DNA of 64,000 bases from Tubiluchus corallicola (Eukaryota > Animalia > Priapulida). The stretch spans positions 1 through 64,000 of the forward strand of contig JAQGDQ010000151.1 in NCBI GenBank assembly GCA_030141605.1. The letters run 5' to 3'. A program made the translations under genes and the position numbers. Positions 58,921 through 64,000 of this stretch are shown piece by piece (position 1 is the first letter of the stretch; each line of letters starts with the position of its first letter). The notes below the pieces were generated by a model. It was not told the origin of the DNA. It ran no database searches and saw nothing but the letters and a program-made list of their open reading frames with translations.

Positions 58921-60930
58921 AAGACATTTACTCAACAGCCTATGAACATCTAGGGGTTGCTATGAAAAAACATCAAGACTGGTTTGATGAAAACGATCTT
59001 TAAATTATCACTCTGATAGCATCCAAACACCATCTACTTAGAGCACACCAAAATGATCCCACATCGGAAGCGAAGAAGGTAGCATTCATACATAAACGCA
59101 ATGAGGTGCAAAGAAAACTCCGTAAAATGCAAGATACGTGGCTGTCAAGGAAAGCCAAAGAAATACAACACTACGCTGACACCAACAACTCAAAAAAGTT
59201 CTAGGATGCCCTCAAGTCCATCTACGGTCAACAACCATCTGGGACTTCACCACTCCTCAGCGCAGATGGAACGAAGTTGCTAACTGACAAGTCTGACATC
59301 CTAGAAAGATGGGCAGAACATTTCAACATCGTTCTGAACCGACCATCATCCATAAACGGAGAAGCAATAGACCAACTACCCCAAATGGAAATAAATGAAG
59401 ACCTAGATCAACCACCAAAGCACCAGGTGCTGATGGAATACGAGCTGAAATCTACAAGACGGGGGGGGGGGGCAGCAATGCTACAAGAACTTACCGACCT
59501 ATTCCAGCTGAGGTGGGAGCAAAGCAAACTTTCTTAAGACCGAGATGCTACAGTTGTTCACATTTACAAATGAAAAGGGAACAGGCAGTATTGTGACAAC
59601 CACAGAGGCATATTCTGCTGTCCATACTGGGTAAGATCCTGGCACGTGTCCTACTAAATCGACTGTTGTTGCACCTGTAGAAAGACCTTCTCCCAGAGAG
59701 CCAGTGTGGCTTCAGAGCATGCAGAGGAATGGTGGATATGATCTTTGCTGCAAGGCAACTTCAAGAGTAGTGCCAAGAACAGAACGTCAGCCTCTTCACA
59801 ACATCCATAGACCTCACCAAGGCTTTTGATACTGTCAGTAGGAATGGCCTCTGGAAGATCATGGAAAAATATGGATGTCCAAAGATGTTTATTGATATTG
59901 TGCGGCAGTTTCATGAAGGCATGATTGTCAGAGTCCTAGATGACGGAGACATGTCTGAAGCCTTTGAAGTAACAAATGGGGTAAAACAGGGCTGTGTACA
60001 GGGCTCCAACACTCTTCAGCATGATGTTCGCTGCCATGCTACATGATGCTTTTGAAAACACCCAGGATGGCAATAAGATTAAATACAGAACAGATGGCAG
60101 CCTCTTCAACTCCAGGCGCTTGCAAGCTACCACCAAGAGCCATGTAATCACAGTCAAAGACTTTCTTTGCTTAAGACTGTGCTCTCAGTGCCACCTCCCA
60201 AGAACAAATGCAAAGAGAGATGGAACACTTCGCATCAGACTGCAAGAACTACGGCCTAACAATCTCTACAAAGAAAACTGAAGTTATGTACCAGACGCCC
60301 CAACAGGTTCAGCCAAGGATCTTAGTGAATGGTCAAGAACTTATCTCTGTTGACAACTTCACATACTTGGGGAGCACCCTTACCACAGCTGCCAACCTCG
60401 ATACAGAAATCAACAACAGAATTGCCAAGGCTAGCGCTTTATTTGGAAGACTTCGCTCCAACCTATGGGACAGGAGAGACATCAGAACTACCACAAAAGT
60501 GAAGGTGTGTAGAGCTGTCGTCATCACCACTCTCCTCTATGCCAGTGAATCCTGGACATTATATACGAGACACGTAAAACAGCTTAACCACTTTCACATG
60601 GGCTGTCTGAGAAAAATCCTGCACATTAAGTGGCAGGACAAGGTGCCAGACACAGAGGTACTTAAAAGAGCTGACCTCCCCAGTATCCATACACTCCTAA
60701 AAACACAAGTTCGGTGGGCAGGACATGTGATTCGCATGCCAGATAATCACATACCAAAGAAGAAGCTCTATGGAGAACTTGTGGAGAATGCAAGGCATGT
60801 GACACGTGACACTGCCCAACAACAAATCAAAACACCCAGCCTCACCTGTGTCAAATGCCAAAAAAGTTTCCAGGCCAGAATTGGCCTAGTCAGTCACCTT
60901 CGAGCTCATCCCTGTCACTATCGTCATCTT
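58920..60930 (+). mobile_element. RTE-clade (BovB-like) LINE, 5'-truncated and degenerate
   Basis: KHQDWFDEND, ERWAEHF, LPESQCGFR, DLTKAFDTVSR, GVKQGC, FTYLGS, RWAGHVIRMPD, and terminal CVKC...RIGLVSHLRAH. Confidence 0.92.
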
Positions 60931-61179
60931 CGATTCGAAGTACTAACAACAAAAAAAAACAACAACAAATGGTACAGTCAAAACGCTATAGAAATGTTCA
61001 TGCACATAAATACGCAACCCTCCTTTCTTCCCACATGTACGCCCTTTGGCATAACATGAAAAGTCACGATTTTTCAATTGGTCAACTATTGTGGAGATCG
61101 CTAGCATTCATTAGAATTGAATGGCAAATTGTAGATTGTTCTAAAGAACAATGAAACAATCTTTTTACCTTGTAGAAGC

Positions 61180-62900
61180 TGTCGTTGATTCTAAAACTTT
61201 CTATAAGCGATGCGCGTAGTAGTTTCTAGATTGTTCTGGTGTTGTCAATTTACATTGATATATACGGCGGAGCTGTCCGCTCAAGATTATTCTCAAATCC
61301 TTAGATTCATACATTCTCGCATCTTTCCTATCACTTGCTGTGCATATTTTGAATTCCTTCATACTTTGTGTTGTAGAATTCTCACTCAATAAACCTATTT
61401 GATTTGAAAAAGTGTTTTCTTGTTTTCTCTACGAGCTGTCCGACAGAAGGAAACAACATTTTTTGGCGCAGTCGACAGGATCCTTGGTGACTCAGTGGAC
61501 AGTTCTTTATCCTAGCAAAGACGGCAGAGCAAATGGGCGAACTTATCAAGTTCCTCAGGCAGCAGGCGCAGCAGCACAAAGAAGATATGGATGGTATGAA
61601 GCGGCTGCTTTAGGCCTGAACTCTGGAAGATGATTCCAGTTCACTTCCACTTGCATCGGCACTTACAGCTGGTATTGATCCACCATTTGGTGCTTTTGAT
61701 CCAACTTCTGAACTGTGGCCTGACTACTGGTCAAGATTTGTACCTTCGTCGCGGCCAACACAGTGCCTGACTAATGCTAGGCTCAAGTTTTCCTGACAAA
61801 TCAGACTGCTGCCATCTACAGACAACTGGCGAATCTGGCTACTCAACATTCTTCATCCAAGGATATCAACGAACTGTCGATAGATGAAATTGTGGTTTTT
61901 ATGAAGGAACAGTTTGACCCGAAACTCTTCATTGTGCGAGAACGTTTCAAGTTCTGGAGTGACATGCAATGGAAGCCAGGCGAAACTCTTCAGGAGTTAG
62001 CAGCTCGCATATGCCAAGATGTTGCTACCTGTGATTTTTCTTCTAACAAACACCCACAAGATGAAGCTCTGAGGCAAATTCAACAACAAAGCTGTCTTGG
62101 AGGCTAGTTTCAAGATCAAGGACGAAGATCTGACTTTCGTCTGTGCTGTCCAAGTCGCTATCTAGGCTGAAGATGCGCCAAAGTTTGCCAAGGAAACTGT
62201 CTATAGTTCCAAGACCAGGCCCATCAACAAGTCAACCTGAACTAGAACAAGGGTAAATGAAGGAACCATCAGCAGTCAAATTCCACGGACACGGACACAA
62301 AGTGCTACCCGTTGTAGAAAGGCCCACAAAGTGACAGACTGTCCTACAAAGATGCTAACTGACATTTCTGTGACAAGAAAGGACATTTGGAGGCTGTTTG
62401 CATGAGGAAGCAACGACAGCAATGGGACCAGAAATCTGGGAATCACGAAAGCTGAGCTTGTCAAGACGATGACAAGGTGAAGTTCCTGAAGATTCTCCTA
62501 GTGTGGATGTCGAAGTCAACATCCAAGACCTACAGTCCAAGATGGAACTTGACACTGCAACAATGGGAAATTTCGTTTCAGTGCCTGTCTGGAAACAGCT
62601 AGGAAAGCCAAAGCTGGATGACACCAGACATCTCTACGAGTCTACCAGCAAGCACGACCTGCCAGTGCTGAGAACTTTCGTGGGCCAGACCAAGGATCCA
62701 AAGACTGGTAAACAAAGCTAAATTCCGTACATCGTCACCAAGATCCCTGACCTGAACCTGCTGGGACGAAACGCTATCCAGATTCTGTAATTTCTGTGGA
62801 CAATGCTCTAGGACTGAGAAGCATAGAGTCAAGACAAGAGCGAGGGTGTAAAAAAGTCACGTCCGAAGACCTCTGACACGTCTTATGCTTCTCTGCAACG
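61180..62900 (+). mobile_element. Gypsy (Mag-like) 5' remnant: putative LTR 61180-61458, PBS, gag and protease
   Basis: tgtcgt...aataaa...acaaca, then tggcgcagtcgacagga (tRNA-Ser-like PBS). Gag: FDPTSELWPDYW, FDPKLFIVRERFKFW...KPGET. Protease: MELDTA, NLLGR. Confidence 0.8.
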
Positions 62901-62904
62901 AGAT

Positions 62905-64000
62905 TGTTCAGTTGTTCATTTGATTTTATTATACTTACATGTGTAAACTATAGTTATTATCCTGACCGTTTTCTGTTTGCCAATATTGTGCCAACTCCAA
63001 AAGACAAGCGAGGCGACTTATCTAGTATTACTAATTATAACAGTATTACACTCTTCTCTCCCTTAGGGAAAATTTTTAGACTGGATTATTTTGTGTAAAT
63101 ATTGTGATCACTTGTATACCTCAGATTTAACGTTCGGGCTTAAGCCTAATGTGTCTACTACAATATGTACATGCGTGCTAAAAACTGTTGCTTATTACAT
63201 GACCAATAGTAGATGTGTTTACATTGCTTTTTTAGATGCCTCAAATGCTGATAATATTATGCTGAATGAAATTTTTTTCGCTTATTACCTTACGATTGAT
63301 TATAAATTTATATGCTGATCAAACAATGAATGTCTATCGAAAGGGGTGACCTCTGAAGCCTTCACGGTCACCAATGGAGTTAAACAAGGTGAAGTTTAGT
63401 CTCCAACATTATTCGGTATATATATTGATGGTTTCTTAATTTTAAAAGAATCATGTCATTGGGTGCAGGGTCGGCAAAACCTATATTACATTCAAAAGCT
63501 ATACAGACGACTTAACCCTATTAGGACCAAGTGTAAGCACATTACAAAAAATGCTTCTGATATGTGAAGAGCATGCCATACAATTTGATATTAATTTGGT
63601 TAATGTTCAAGGTACCAAAATTGCAGGTAAATGCATTAGATTCTCCAAACCAGGGGAACGCAATAAACTTTATCCTAGTGTATGGCTGGACAATACTCCT
63701 TTAACCTAGAAAAATAAAGCCACTCATTTATGTCACATAATTACATGTCATTTAACGGATGATACTGATATTCTTAGTAAATGTGGAAATTTCATTTACC
63801 ATGCCAATAGTATATTTGCCAACTTCTCATTTGCTTGTGCTAATTTAAAATGTAAACTACTTCAAACATATTATCTAGGATATTACGGTTGCCACAGTTG
63901 GAGGTGATTCGAAAATACATTTTATTGTTACTGCTTGGAACATTGCTATCTTTGTAAATTATGGAAACTGCCATATAGAGCTCGCACTTTTATTTTGCCC
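62905..64000 (+). mobile_element. Degenerate LINE RT fragment running off the window end
   Basis: IVPTPKDKRGDLS..NY..ITL, FGLK..VST, AFLDAS, NGVKQG..SPTLF.IYID, YTDD. Confidence 0.8.

Overview
AT-rich, repeat-dense window from a eukaryotic genome, most likely a marine invertebrate. This rests on spliced GT-AG exons and the metazoan transposon families present. Host genes are sparse: the first coding exon of a GT31 galactosyltransferase, a frameshifted Star/FkbM-type methyltransferase, two exons of a GT49 (B4GAT1-like) glycosyltransferase, and two damaged tandem copies of a PKD/REJ (polycystin-like) exon. The rest is mobile DNA: several BEL/Pao and Gypsy LTR elements, RTE and CR1/L2-like LINEs, a piggyBac remnant, MITEs and a head-to-tail Helitron array. 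The standout is a full-length BEL/Pao LTR retrotransposon (18951-28603). Its Gag polyprotein carries, in frame and without introns, an essentially complete glycogenin (GT8) catalytic domain between an N-terminal SAP/coiled-coil region and the capsid/zinc-knuckle region. All homology calls come from my recall of protein motifs; no database search was run.
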